Assembly (NCBI RefSeq): GCF_964355755.1
Contig: NC_092671.1
Span: forward strand, 10,168,001 to 10,232,000
From: Antedon mediterranea
Lineage: Eukaryota; Animalia; Echinodermata
DNA: 64,000 nt
Direction: 5' to 3'
In this document: in pieces, positions 23,528 to 38,300 of the stretch
Numbering within the stretch: the stretch's first letter is position 1
Layout of the letters: every line of letters starts with the position of its first letter
Program-made: the position numbers and the translations under genes
Notes under the pieces: generated by a model
Told to the model about the DNA's origin: nothing
The model's input: only the letters and a program-made list of their open reading frames with translations
Databases searched by the model: none

Positions 23528-26469
23528 GATAAATACACTTTCAATATTGATGCTGACTCATTTTCGGTTAAATAACTTCTTGCGACAATAACATGACTTT
23601 TAATGTGACGTTAATTATTTCGTAGGATAAACATAAATTTGATTAAACGATGAGACGTGTTCGACCTTCTTTGTTAATCGCATAACATGTTTTTAAATTA
23701 TACGGTATTCAGTACCTAATTCATACAACCCCAGTCCCAAAGAATTCACTTCTGGATTGATACGGTAACTATACTCAATGTTTCATACGTTTTGACATGA
23801 AATGAAAAGTAATACACCCTTCTGAGACATAATGGTATAATAATTATTACATCATACAATGACATTACACAATTCAATCATCATAGGATAGTCACATATC
23901 AATAACGTAACAGTATAATGGTTCTAAATATTGCCCTACAGGCGTTCAATTCGCTTGAATTGGAACGACACATGAATAGTTCTGAGACTGTAAGTTCGAT
24001 ATAGTCCGTATGTAAACCAAATATTAGGAAGTCAAGTTTATACCTTGTGATTTGTGCAACACATCACATGGCACATGATTGTCATAATTGTTCAATAGTT
24101 GTCAGTGTTGCCTTGTGTCTTTGCAGGTACGGATGGGAACGTACTCTACTATACAGTACAAAAGAACTCTTTATTAAGAAATTTCGGGACTCAAAAAGTT
24201 TACTTAAACGCGTGTCCTCTGAATAAGGGTTGCCTGTTATAGTGTTGAAACATATAATATGTTACTCTTCATTCGTTCACGAGAAGGTGGAAACATAAGC
24301 GTGTCTCATGAGAGTGATGCCCTACTACGTCTACTGAATTATTGTGGACAAATAAGATCGTTTAGTAAAATACTGAGTGCCAGCAGACGTATATAGACCG
24401 TGATGAGATACCGTCTACATAATCTAATACAGTAAATACAACTTTAAGGACGGTAAAGTTGAACCGTATCGAATAGAATTCACTGACATAGTTTATCCAT
24501 AAGCTTCAGTTATGCTGTAATACCATATGGAATTCACACTTTGCAGCTTGCAAAACATAACAAGTAAACTAGTTGTATAAACTAATATTTAATTTCAATT
24601 TTGTGCAGATGTTAAGTGTCGGTTGGTTATTGCTTCAAAGTACAACCTGCAGGTAATCAAATAGGCCAACACATGGACAGGCCTATTATAAAGCAACATA
24701 CGAATCATGTTACACAACTGCTTCAGGATGTTATTCACTATGCTAATATAAAGATGATAACTCAATGCTGATTTATGACCTGTAGCTGTTATTTGTGTTT
24801 TGAACACTGGTGGAGATCGTAAGGGAATAGGAGAGGGGGATAGGAGATTTTAGAGGGGGATAGGAGATTTTAGAGGGGGATAGTTCTGCACTTTTCGGCG
24901 ACAAATAAATGGCATATTGAAAGCAGCAACTTCTTTTTATCCTCTTTAATATTTGGATCAGGGCCTATAAATATTAGTTTTGCCTTGCTTGTTTTTGTAT
25001 TTACATAAATGATTTTTTGATATTTTTTTAAAAATAATTTCTGATATATTTATTGAAATGCTATATCTTATCTTTATGTGCTACTTGGTAAGACTGAGGG
25101 TTACACTGGCTCTTGTTATAGGGATTTAGTTCCCGCTTGTGTTTCCTGCCACTTTGTAGTTATTTGTTTGTTTTTGGGTTTTTTTTTATGATTGGCAATA
25201 AAGAAGAAGAATAATTAGTTTTGAATTTCTGTGATTTTGTGTGGAGGAGGGGTGACACACGAGCGGTAAAGTCAGATTATTTGGACCACCAAAAGCATGT
25301 AATATTAATAATTTTCAACATATATTATGTTCTGTTAATTTAGGAGTTGATGAATGCTTCTGCCATCTTGGTCCGAATAAAACTACTGCAAAGATGAAAG
25401 TACTACAGAATGAAATAACTAACTTAAAATATGTTATGTTATATCATGCTTTTTATATCCATTTGAGGTGATGGATATTAAAAGACACTTCATCACAATG
25501 TGCGATGAAGTGTTTCCTTCACACCTTGAGGTATTCAACAAAGTTTGATACAATTTGCTTTCTCTCTCTTCCTCAGCCTGTTGTTTTAAATCTTCTATCA
25601 CAACACAAGTTCCAGCTAAGTGTCAATATCTTAACTAAATTTAATCGTTACGTTGATGGATGTTCCATTAGGGCAGTCAATATGTCCTATTAACCTGCAC
25701 ATCACAGGTGTCTAGGCCAGGGGTCACTCGATCTATCTAATATCCGTTCGCAATCAAAAGCGGTTCTATGGACCGAAATATGTCTTAAATAATTAATGTC
25801 AAAATTAAAATGTAAAATTATTTATGACACTAAGCAATGAAAACTGTCAGCACTATGTAATCTATGTGCACGTGACATATTTTATCGGCAAAAACATTCA
25901 ATTTTTAATATAAAAAAGTGTCCAGTTCTAGTTGAGAGTGGTTTTAGAAAATTGAAATGTTCGCATACTTCTCAAGGCCTACTACAAATTACTACAGTAA
26001 GTGAGTAAGACATGTCATAGGCCTATATACTATTTCATCTTTTTACATTTTATTAAAGCAAAAGTGATAGCAAACGAGTGCTGTTAAACATTTAAGTAAA
26101 CACGACGTCGATGAAATCTATGACTGAATTTAGCCATTGTTTACATTAAAATAATTAGTCAACAATATTCATATAGTACGGCCTACGACTCTTCTTTGGT
26201 GATCAATAATTAGTAACCAAGTCCGTTTAGTATAAGTTTTAATTATTTCAATTTGCAAAAATATAGGACGTAAATTAGTAAAGGCAATTAATTATGAGTA
26301 AAATCAATACAAAAAAAGCAATAAATATGAACTTGTGTATCAATGGATACATTTAATAGAACAGTTTCAAGGAAGAAGTTTTCTTACTAAAAATGTCACG
26401 TTTAAGAAAACAATAAATTAAGTAAATTTAAAAGACAGCAATCAATGTTCTTCAACAGTTTTGCACTTT

Positions 26470-27015
26470 TACGATTGGGTGTACGTATTGAATGGTATGG
26501 ATAGATATGTTTTCGTTACAAATAAACTACGCTCTAGCTTGTATTATGTACAAATGTATACATGGTATTGCACCTCCCCGTCTGTGCAACGATATTGAAA
26601 TGGTTTACGACCAACATGGATACTCTACGAGATATTCCTAATCTCTGAATGTTATACCACCTATACCAAATTGCTTATTAATGAACGGATCGCTAAAGAT
26701 TGCAGGAGCAAAAGCTTGGAATAAGATCCCTCTAAATATTCAAGATAGTTTGTCTGTAGGCCTAAAAAGTTTCAAAATTAATTATAAAAAGCATTTCTTA
26801 AAAATAAAATTGTATTTCCACACGTAGTATTATTAACGTTCTATATTCACTGATTGTTATATATTTTCTATTTTTTTTATTTTTTTTTAATTTTTTTTTT
26901 AATTTCTTGTGTTTTTTTTAAAGTTGTTTCATTGCAGGACCATATTGAAAAACCAGAAATGTTGTGATTTTTTCTTTTCTGAAGAATTATGTTATCCTGC
27001 CTAAATAAATAAATT
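26470..27015 (+). mobile_element. 3' remnant of an L2/Crack/CR1-group LINE
   Basis: Degraded ORF2 C-terminus MYKCIHGIAPPRLC...HGYSTR...GAKAWNKIPLNIQDSLSV..KSFKINYKKHF with an in-frame stop, then a T-rich UTR and (TAAA)n tail. Confidence 0.75.
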
Positions 27016-29453
27016 AGTAACAAGTACACCAAATACTTTTGAATTTTTAGAACCGTGTAACTGTATAACCAATCGATGGCTGTAATATTAATGTTGATGT
27101 TTCTTCGACGAGGAAGCTATAAATGAGTTTGTTTGAATTCTATAAATAAACTAAGTTGTCTATTATTAGAGGTAACTGTTACGCATCTTACCCATTAAAA
27201 TATGTTCTTGGAATTTCTAAAAACTAATGTTTAATTTTTCAAGTTTAATATTTGTATTTTTATATGTATTTATTTTCATTCAAATATACGCTGTTTTATA
27301 AATTGTACTGTAAGTTGTTGGAAAGCAATACATATTACTTACTTAATTAAATAAATAATGTTATTATTTATTTCGGACTGCATCGAAAAGTCAAAACAAT
27401 TAATTTCACCGCACATAGACTCTGAGTATACTTACAACTATTCAAGTTAATTACAGCGAATCTATATTTTCGACTGAAAGTTGCATTTGAATTAATACAA
27501 ACTGTTTTCATTAATTTTAGTTTATTCGTTACAAACATTTTTTCTTAGATACTTGTGACTTTTCTTGACACCACCATGGGTGAAATCGTCAGGACGGGCA
27601 ATCTAAACCGGAATGGTAATTAAAGTAAATACAGGGTTACGTTGTACTTATAAGCTTTTTGCACAGTTATAACTTGAATTAAAAGTACACTAACATATTA
27701 TTGCAAATTGATCCATTTTGGATCTGTCACTGGCAATAATATTCTGTAATTTGATTTCAATCAGCTGGTACCCGTGGCCTAGATGTATATTCCTCAAATG
27801 TCTTCAGAGTAATTTCGCATTTGACGTTTACATCTGGCACCAATATTTACTTCCTCTTTCTCAAGACAATATGTGACGTCACAAATATTATTGACGCGAC
27901 GACATTATGACGTCACACATTTACTGTACAAACATCATGATTGTAAAAAATAACAAATTTAACTGAAATTGAAAACAAAAATGTAATGGGTTTTTTTACA
28001 CTGTGTGAATAGATGCAGGGAGGTAATATCTGAAATTAAAAAAGTTTTATATCTGACCACAACAATATTTAACATTTTATTACGTACCGTAATAAACATG
28101 TTTGTGATGTTTGTGACATCATAAATCAGGACTGGCGCTAACTATGACGTCACTTATTTATTACACGCAAACGTAAATACTATTTGTTTTGTTGAGTGAG
28201 GAGAAAGACAACTTCTTCCTGAGTAATGGAATGTGCCTTTAATGTGTGTTTTATGTCGAAAATTCGTAGAATCAATTTAATTAAAGGAGAATTATAGGAT
28301 TAATTGTGATTATGGGCAGATGCCACATCGACAAGTGGTAAACATTTATCCGAAATTGAAGCACAAACAACGTTAATGAACTGTACTGGTTTAGGCTTAC
28401 TTCTTACAGTTAGGCCTACTGAAACAATTTAACCTATATAACGTTAAGACACTACTGAACCGCATTATAAGCGTATAAGTTTCAACAAAGACTACCTTTC
28501 ACTCTATTACTATTATTGAAATATAGAAATAATATTTCTACTTTATTAGTAAGTAACAAAACTAAACCAAGAAATGAAAGATGCATTTGCTTCGTTTTGA
28601 TTTTTATTCTACCAATAATAGAGTCCTACAATACAACACATATCTAAAAAAGCAAAACAAAGCTCATACATCATATAACAGTTCAGTAAAGTGTATTCTG
28701 GCAGGTTTGAATATTAAAATTAAAATATCTTCTTTCTGTTTGCGAATTTACTAAGGTAGAATATGATGTTGACAGCAATTCAAACTGTTCCAATTTACGT
28801 ATTAAATTACATGTAATTACTAACTAATTTCAGTAATAATATATTTTACACAGACTGATCACAATATCGAATTATCGATGATTATGCAAAACAAGCAAAA
28901 CTGACCCCCTATCAGACGATAATCCAACGCGGGGAAAGGTTCCTATTTCTACACATGTGCTGCAGAAAGTTTGCGTGTTATTCAAGAGAAAATGGCGGGC
29001 TTTGTCACGTTCTTTTTGATTAATATCTAAACAGGTCCTGGGCTAGTTTATGGGAACTTTAGTCTGAAACCAAAGTCATCCGAGTTCAAATATCAAGCCA
29101 ATTTCGAGAACTTTTACGGTTTAATTTAGATTCAGATGACATTTATTACTTTCGTTGTCCATTGTACGAATACAATATAAAAGGTATCAGTTACCTTGTG
29201 ACCAACTTAAGTCTAGAGATTGAATTTGTAATACAAATTATTTTATATTTGTCATACCTACATATAAAAGTAAAATATGTATTAAATATATATATATATA
29301 AAAATTTAATATAAATAAATCGAGTAAGTAATTTAATTTGCCACAATTAAATTGAGAAAGGTCTATCTATTAACTGTCTGTCTGCTTATTCTTTTTTTAT
29401 ATAACTTATTAATGTTGCCTATGTAGTACAATCAATTATTGATTTCTGTCTTA

Positions 29454-29605
29454 AGTTCTATCTACACTATCAAACTTTATGTGACCAAAAAAACATGATG
29501 TGCCCATACAAATGGAGGCACGATGACATCATATCACTACCATATTTGGGTATATCACTACCATATTTGGGCACATCAAACTAGTTTGATAGTGTAGACA
29601 GAGCT
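29454..29605. mobile_element. MITE family A
   Basis: TTA|AGTTCTATCTACACTATCAAACT ... AGTTTGATAGTGTAGACAGAGCT|TTA, with a 3-bp TTA duplication. Confidence 0.88.
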
Positions 29606-32600
29606 TTAAATTGATATAACTGTTAGGTAGAGGGAAGATGCAAATCGACACGACACACCCAAAATACTAACCGCATCATCATGAAACCAGGAAGCAACAA
29701 CTCACGACGCGCGATCTTGTGAAAAATCTGATTTAAAAAAAAACGGTACGATTGTACGCACGCGTAAACATTGGTAAACCTAACGTAAGCACAGTTAGCT
29801 TGTTTACGATATGTTGTTTTGTTAGATTATGAGTTTACCCTGGAATTCAAAGTATCTTGTAATGATGATATCTTTCCTGTTTGTTTTACGACTGATAACC
29901 AAAACACGTTGTTTTTTAATGACGTCATATGCATATTTTTCGACAAACGCAACAGTTTGATTACTAAAATAGATAACATTAATTATCGTCTTGTTTGGCA
30001 ACCATTGGTTTTTAAGAGACATTGCGGTTTAAAGGAAACCTAATAATTCAGCCCCCTTGACCGTAATGTAGCCTAGCTAACGGAAGGAGAACTAATTTAT
30101 CAACATGATGTCAATGAATCACTCAAAAGCATTACATTCCTTCATCTCTATTATTAGTAATTTACTGTATTCCAACGTACAAGGTCAATGAATGAATAGT
30201 AAAAATACATTGATTGCTAAAAATTCACCAAACTCTATTTTATTATAAAATATTATAATGTTTATATTGCGCCCTCTAGCAGAATTAACTTTTTTTATTA
30301 ACTCTCCATTTTTTAATAATATCAGAAACCAAGGCAAAATGTTACTCTTCTTTTGTTGTTTCAGTTTGTTTTGAGCTCAACTTCATATGACGTGTTGCGC
30401 TAGACTCGCCCTAGATTGGGTTTCTTTAAAAAAAAACGTTTTCTGTTTATTCCAGCTTAAGTGTGTATGCCAAAATGGTTTTCTTTTTAGTCGCGTGCAA
30501 CAAGACTCTACAGCTCACTATGTCGGTCGGTTGGTAAACAGTAACTTGTGCACGCGACTGCAGCCATGTATATGGCCTTGTTTTTAAAATGAAAATTAAG
30601 TAAATCGCCGTCTCAAACCTAGGATAACATTGAGCATTTAAAAACGGGTAATCTGAGCAACATTTTTAATAAAACATTTACATTTTCGGTTGGCCAAACT
30701 ATTTAGATTTCAACGAACATTTATAGGCATGTACGCATAGTTCTTTTTTTTTAAGTTGATAGTACGATTTTGAATAAACCAATATGTTTTAGAACCATTA
30801 TAAAGAACTTTTAAAACTTAGTTCAACAAAAACAGAAAAATATGAAGAAAAGATTATTTCAAACGACACATTGAATTATAACTTTCTGACAGTTTATAAA
30901 ATTTAACAGACAGTATTTTTCGGTTCGGTTCAAATATGGAAATGTTTACAAGACCTGTGTTGGGTACACACAATGAAAGTTTAGGGGGGTTTTCTCTTAA
31001 AGGATGTTTTTCCTTCTCAAAGTCAACGGGCGGATGTCATGATAATTAATTATTACCAGAGTTTATTTTAGCTATGACTTGGCTGACATGAAGTTTCCTG
31101 GAGCGAAATCGGTCAGAAAAAAAAGAAAAAAAGAAAAATGAGTTTGAGTTAGGCCTATATTTCAAACTAATATTTTTAACAGTGTATAGATAAATGTGAG
31201 CCTTGTTATTAGACCACTGTTTGTCATGGTATTCCTTCAAGCCAGATTGGAACATCATAGTTCTGTCTTCTTCTAATACCGGTATCAATCAAATGGTTCT
31301 AATCTCGATTTGTATAGGATAACATTAACGTAACGGGCAACGCAAGTGATTTTACTAAATGATATACATATTATTATCGTTTAGTGATTGTTTGCCCTTA
31401 CGATTAGTTGCGTCCTAGTGGGAACCGAGCTTTATAACTTCGCCATGTTGAAGATGTCCTAAAATTACATTAGGCCAACGTTTTTTGCTTAATTAATACG
31501 ATTATACCCAATGGCTATAATTCTTTTTCGTTCTATTTATAGAAACTCGACATTTTAAGTCCCATCTACTAAATAATATATAGTTTGATGATTTCTTTTC
31601 CCTCCACTCCAACGTAGTAGCTTATCTTTGTTGGTTTTTTTTCTTTTAAACTTTTCATTATCATTTTCTTAATTTAGCTTCATATTAATGATAAATTACT
31701 TTACACATTAATTGTTCTGTTCTTAACGCTAGAAACCGCTATGTCAATATGAATCAAAAGTTTGAAATCATAATTCATCTTCATATGGCGATAACAATCT
31801 TCCAAATTAGTTTTGAATCATTATACTTAGCAATGTCAGATGGAATTTTCGTTGAGGAAATTATGGATAAAATTGTCGTTCAGTTAATCCATTAATTAAT
31901 CCCTTGGGATTATTAATCTCTGTTTCGTAACCTTGATCAACCAGCTGATATTAATTCATTTTGTGTGAATACAAATATTGTCAATTCTCTTTTTGGCAAT
32001 CATTACAATACAACTTGTGAATATCCAGCAGGGCGTTGCGTAAAAGAGTAGGCTCCTCAGTCTTAATATGGGATAGTTTTGGAAGAAATTTTCCCGAGTG
32101 TTCTTATCAAAATGTTGGGTTGTTTGTGTTTAGAAATTGCATTTACATTCAATATTATTTCTATAACTCATTAAAAAATTATACTTCACCGTAGGCCTCT
32201 GTAAACAATAATAACGGTAGGCCCACAAGCCTCATAGTAATGAAGAGAATTGGCTTTAAATTTTCTCTACAGCGCCTAAACACTGATTCCCAGCAGTAGA
32301 TGCAAACCAGACTTTCACACCGGTGTCTATCACTACATTACCATAGCAACCACATCATTCCACAAGAAACAAACACGAGTTGTATAATGACTCAATAATA
32401 TGGCATGTTTCAATAATGATGCATTATGGGAACTACGTTAATTAGTGCGTAACAACATTCAGACTACAACGGAAGTTTAATGTGCGCGTGACTTAAGTTG
32501 TTCGTTGACTTAATACATGCTGTCTAAATTAAGCATGTTAAACATGCGGATATTAAGTATGGTTTAAAAATAGAATTTAGTTATTTGTAAAATAAGCTTC

Positions 32601-33236
32601 CTTAGGACTACTCATGATGACAGAGTATCAACTTTAAGTTACCAGCATGTAATGTTGGTGTTATATTTTTCTTTGAACCAACAAGTGTATCATATTCTAG
32701 TACAATTTTATTTTAGGTGTTCTCATTAATTTTTAATTTCAATTAAAATGTTCGAGGAAGCTTAATTATAAAGAACGCTAATAAATTGGGAAAGATAATG
32801 TAGGCCTACATTTTTATCTTCACCGTGGTGTGGATATCGATAAACCGATACATTTAGGTCCCATGATAAGTTTGAACTCATCTGCTTCAGTTACGACATA
32901 CTCTGGGGTAAGATCCAATATTGTAAAGCTACATGATCATAATGTAACAAATTTGCTTCCTGGATAGCTAGGTTAAGCGTCCCCATAACATTAAACTATT
33001 ACATGTATGGAGCGCCCTAAATGACAAAAAGGAGTACCCGAGGTCATGTAATGCGGAAGAGTACACAACTCAATAGAAATGGACAGATTGAAAATTAACA
33101 ACAGAAAGTTCTCTTAAAGTAGCACACTGCCATTACCCATGAGTTGCATAAATCTTAATAATAATCATGGCGACTTTATACTATTTGCGACCACAAGGAT
33201 CGCGATTCAATTCAAACTGTGGCAGAAATCGTTCGA

Positions 33237-33308
33237 AAATGACCACTAATATGACAAACAAATGACCACTAATATGACAAACAAATGACCACTAATATGA
33301 CAAACAAA
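33237..33308. repeat. 23-bp tandem repeat x3
   Basis: AAATGACCACTAATATGACAAAC x3. Confidence 0.9.
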
Positions 33309-33746
33309 TTAAAACAGACTGTCGAACACTTTGGTCAAAAAGCTGTTGAGCGGATGTTGTGAAAATGAATTGGCACTCTGGAAGCAAATTGTCACTTCCG
33401 AGAATCAGTAATTAATAATTATATACAATTAATACTGAATATAAAACACGACTGACAGGTAGCTAGAGAAGCGGTACAGGCGTGTCACTGACGACGGACA
33501 TAAGCTATCTACCAACTAAACGAAGCCAACATGCCCCTGAATGAAGCAAACTAAACGAAGCCAACATGCCCCTGAAGCAAACCAATGTTACCGATAATTA
33601 TGCTCTACCAATATAAACGGTGCAAACATTCGCTGTTAACGATATTCGTTGCTCAGTTATGAATATATATCATAAATATATGTTTTACAGATATTATATT
33701 CGGTGTTCGAGGCTCTGCCAAGCAAACACAACTTTCACATTGACAA

Positions 33747-33858
33747 CTGTCTACATTATCAAACTACAGTAGTGAAAAAGTGTGATGTGCCCAAATATGG
33801 TAGTGATATGATGTAATCATGTCCATATATGGGCACAAACACATGTGTAGACAGAGCT
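33747..33858. mobile_element. MITE family A (degenerate)
   Basis: CTGTCTACATTATCAAACT...CCAAATATGGTAGTGATATG...GTGTAGACAGAGCT. Confidence 0.8.
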
Positions 33859-34791
33859 TAATTGTTGTGACAGAATCGAGGCCCGAGTTGATGTATATAC
33901 TTAAGTTAATTTTATAATTTAAAAATAAAGCTTAATTACCTCCAAACTCATATTACTGATTTTTCAATCCGTTGCAAAAGAAGAGTGGCCAATAGGATTG
34001 GAAGACATGTTATTAACCCGCAATATAGTCAGTATTTATAATACTGATTTACTTATAATATAACTGACCTCCAAACACATCGAGGTATAAAATTCAAAAT
34101 TAGTTTTACATAATTTAGTTTTACTTGAGATAATATTTCAATTTTATTTTTTTAACTTAACAACTTGATATCATGCAGCTTGTAATTTCTTTAATATTAC
34201 CGTGGTAAATGAATTGACAATCAAAGCGTGACGATAAACTACCGGTTTGTTGAGTAACACGTGTATCATATGTATCATCTTAACCTTTATTTCGTTTGTG
34301 AAGAAATTATATTTTGTACGATATTCGATACGGTATACGACATTCTCCGAAACACAACAGTATAATTAGACATACATTCTGAGAATATATTGCTACTATC
34401 GGCTATGGCAATTAGTGTTACAAGATATACAGGAGACACAATTATAATGTAATCACTTTGTTCGGTGAAACTTTCAGGGGACATTTTAATTCTCAGTGGA
34501 TATGTTGACAGTTGGTTATAATTACCAGGGGTGGATCCAGGGAGACAGGCAGAAGAGTAAAAGGAAATAGAAAAGAGAGGAATTATCTAGGCCTATTAGT
34601 ATTATTAATTAATATTTAGGCAACTCTACAATGTGCTTCACCGGGTCAATAAAACAATTGCGGTACACAATCCGACAGGAAAGACCACGAAAACATGTGG
34701 CAAAAAATCTATAGGCAGCATATAAAGTGGAACACATCACTTGTCAGTCATGGTGTTACGTTTCTACATCTCCTCCCTATATTTGATAGAG

Positions 34792-34799
34792 TATAAATA
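34792..34799 (+). promoter_or_regulatory. Candidate TATA box of the SOSTDC1-like gene
   Basis: TATAAATA about 500 nt upstream of the ATG, at the start of a GC/CpG-richer leader. Confidence 0.4.
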
Positions 34800-35306
34800 A
34801 CATCAGAACTCATTAATTTAAAAGCGAGCAGCATTTGTTTATAAGCCTACTGTCAGTCATACAGTGGCACACGCAGTACCTGTACTACATCTTTGTTAGG
34901 GGGCTATTGCGGCGGCACGAAACTCCTCCTACTCGAAGTTTTAGCGTTGTTTTTTCCTCCGGTTTTCTACAATATACGACTGCCGCTGTGGAATACGCCA
35001 TTAAGAAGAAGAATAAACGTATAGGTCACGTGAGCGAGTAGTGGACTATCTGAAAAGTTTAGCAGTGTTCAACAACAGAGACTCCGCCCACTGTAGAGCT
35101 GAACGACAAAATACTTTTCATTGGGGTTCAGTTAGACGTATGAAGTCCTAGTGTTCGCATATGCTATTGTTCCCGCGCATTTACATACATAAAACGTTAT
35201 TCTTCTGTTTGAACATACAGTTTGTTTTACACTGACCTTGTGGTACAACGGCAGTAAACGTCCATGTAGAAGTTACACGCTTTTTGGATTCAATACTATT
35301 TTAATA

Positions 35307-38300
35307 ATGAAGTTGAATTATTTCGGCTGTACGATGCGGCCTCTCTCATCAACTTTCTCGTGGATTGCATTATTTTCTGGATTGTTATTTGTATTATATT
35401 GTGATTGTGCAGTTGTAAACCCAGATAAGTTAGTTTTAGAAACATCTCCACCTTCAATTGAGGAAGTAGTAGTAGAGACCGCTACGGTCGTTACAGAGAA
35501 TAAAAGGGATAGAGATCAAAAACGAAGAAATAGGCAAAGAACAACCGAGTTGGATACGCCGCAGCAGCCGGGTACAGAGGAAAAACCTAATGGATACCCT
35601 TCCCCTTACAACCCAGGTAAGCTAAAAAAAAACATCCAATTATTCTATATATTTTATTTTATGATTTATATATAAATATATATTTATCTAATTGTTCAGG
35701 GTGACAGAAATACTGTCACTACTCTTCTCTTTTGTTGATAACGTAAGGAAGATATCCCCAGATTTTATGTATATTATTCTGTTTAACCCAGAGGCTATGC
35801 AAACAAAAGGTGCGAATGAAGAGAATACCTTTTACTGTCCAATGGGTTTTATACATGCTGATGATTCCTTCACAATTAGACGCCTCTGCTCAATTCCTAT
35901 CTGTGTAGATAATACCTCATCCACGAAAGCTTTTGTTCAATGGAATTGACACTCAACTAAAGACGAATCATTGCATTAAAAACCTGCACAGATTTTTTTT
36001 TTTTAATGAATAGGCCTACTGTGATAGCGATCGTCTGCTAATAAGGTTGCCTTGCAGACGACCATGTTTACCACCAGGAACACGTGATCATGGTCGATGC
36101 ACGCTTTACTACAGTCCGCAATATTTTGTGTCGAACCAAATAAGGAATAGGTCAATGCAGTAATTTTAATGAAATACTACCCACAAGCCTATATTATTAT
36201 GTAAACTTTAAACAAATGAGCACAATGATTATCATTTAAATTCATTAAATTTATAATAACAGTTTAGGGGACGGTCTAATAACAAGAAAACAAAATGGCA
36301 ACGCTACCGGTATTTAGTTTACACACTACATTTACAAGATACGCGTCTTCATTATTATTTAATTATTCATAAGTTTTAAATGATAGCTTTCGGTGATATT
36401 AAAATAAATATATCGATCCGTAGCTTCAAATTAGGCCTACTAGGCCTAGATTATGAACACCGCATGCAGTGATTAGACATAGGCATCACATGTTGAATCA
36501 GCCGATTATACTATGCCATAACTAAATCGAATTAATAATATTTATGTTTCTGTCAATCTGTCAAATACAGACAAAAATCTAATTGATAGTCAGCTATTAT
36601 TTACACAATTTATTCGCATACTACTTGTAAAAATGTCCGATGTAAATATTGGCTGCCTGCCAAATTGAATTTCTAAACCCCCATATCATCATTAAGCGTC
36701 TGTAGTGCTAAAGTCTATATTATTATTATCGGTGGGTTGTCCTGTGATTGGCCGAAAACGAGGGTGTGTGTCTAGATTACTTTTAACCAATACAGTAAGG
36801 TAGGCCTACATTTATGTAATTCATTCTTTATATTTAGTAGGCACATGAGCTTAACTACGTCTATATTTTTATTTCGATGATGTTAACACTTTTTAACAGT
36901 TTATGTTATGACGTACACACTAGCTAACGTGAATAAATATATTCGTTAAGTATATTAAACCAAAACATTTTAGGATAATGTATATAGCCTGTAAAATGTA
37001 ACATGTAATACATAGATTTCGGTAACTATCAAAAGTAGGCCTATACGTGTGGATGATAGGCCTACATAAATCGCCCGTGACAACAAGTGAGTAGAGGGTG
37101 TGGACCTGTGGTGATAACAAATGGAGATTTTTATAATACTGTATTTCAAGATACGGTGTTTTATATACAGTAGAAGGAAATTGGAAACATTTTAGTAGAT
37201 TTTTTTCCTTTCAAGAAATTTACCCTAGTTTCTGGATTGAAATTGCTTTCATTCGTCAGAGAATTTAGGGCCTACTACATAAAACACAAATATTTACTCA
37301 TTAAATATTACAAAAAACTAATTAGTATTTATTTGTATGTTGAGTTCTCGGTAACATTCCTTCTGGTAGAACTCTTAAAAAGTTCAATTCACTTTCAGCT
37401 GTCGATCATATAGAATGAAGGTTGCTGATGTAACAGCAGTATACAGCAAAGTGAAATGCATTGTGAACCGTATGAATTCAAGTACTGATACGTTTCATAT
37501 ACATTTAAATAGCATTCTATTGCATCAACCACACGATGAAACGATAGGAACAGGTAAAACAAACTCGCACTATATGTGCTTTCTATGCGAACAATATCCT
37601 ATAAATTACACGTGTCTCAAATGTCACCATTTCTTTGTCTTCCTATTTATTGGCAATATTATAGAAGGAGGTGGAAATGAAAGAGGTTATTATGCCCTTA
37701 ATTGTTACATTTGTGATTTTTTGCAACAAAATCAAGACAACTTTGACAGCTTTTCGGCGATTTTCTCGCTCTCGAGTTCCTTCTTTTTATATCAGAAGAA
37801 TATGAAACTTTCTCAACAAAAGACCGAACGTTTCTTTTTGTATTGATGTTTTCTACCAGGAAAGTTCAGAGGATGAGATCAATAAATTACGTTTACTTCT
37901 TTTTCTCAATCATAAGTTCTATTATCATTTAATTAACACAAAGAAAGGAGGCAACCTAAATCTTTTATTTTTAAATTCGTATTGAATATAAAAATTTACA
38001 AAATATATCACACACTAAAGTTTTAAATAGTTATTGTGAGTGTAAAGATCAGTATATTTAACCACGCTTGGCATGCTAAGTTGACCCCTAATTAGACACC
38101 TAAGAAATTACGAGTGTACACCAATAAATTATTGCCTTTTCCGAATAATTTGTCATTATTTCACCATAAAGAGAACGTGTACAATTTCAAATAGGCTTAA
38201 TAATGAACAATGTATATTTAATGGAAATCGACCGACAAGTTCATTGACATACTACAAGGTGGATGACTCCAGGGATAGAGAAATGAATATGTTCGCTTAG

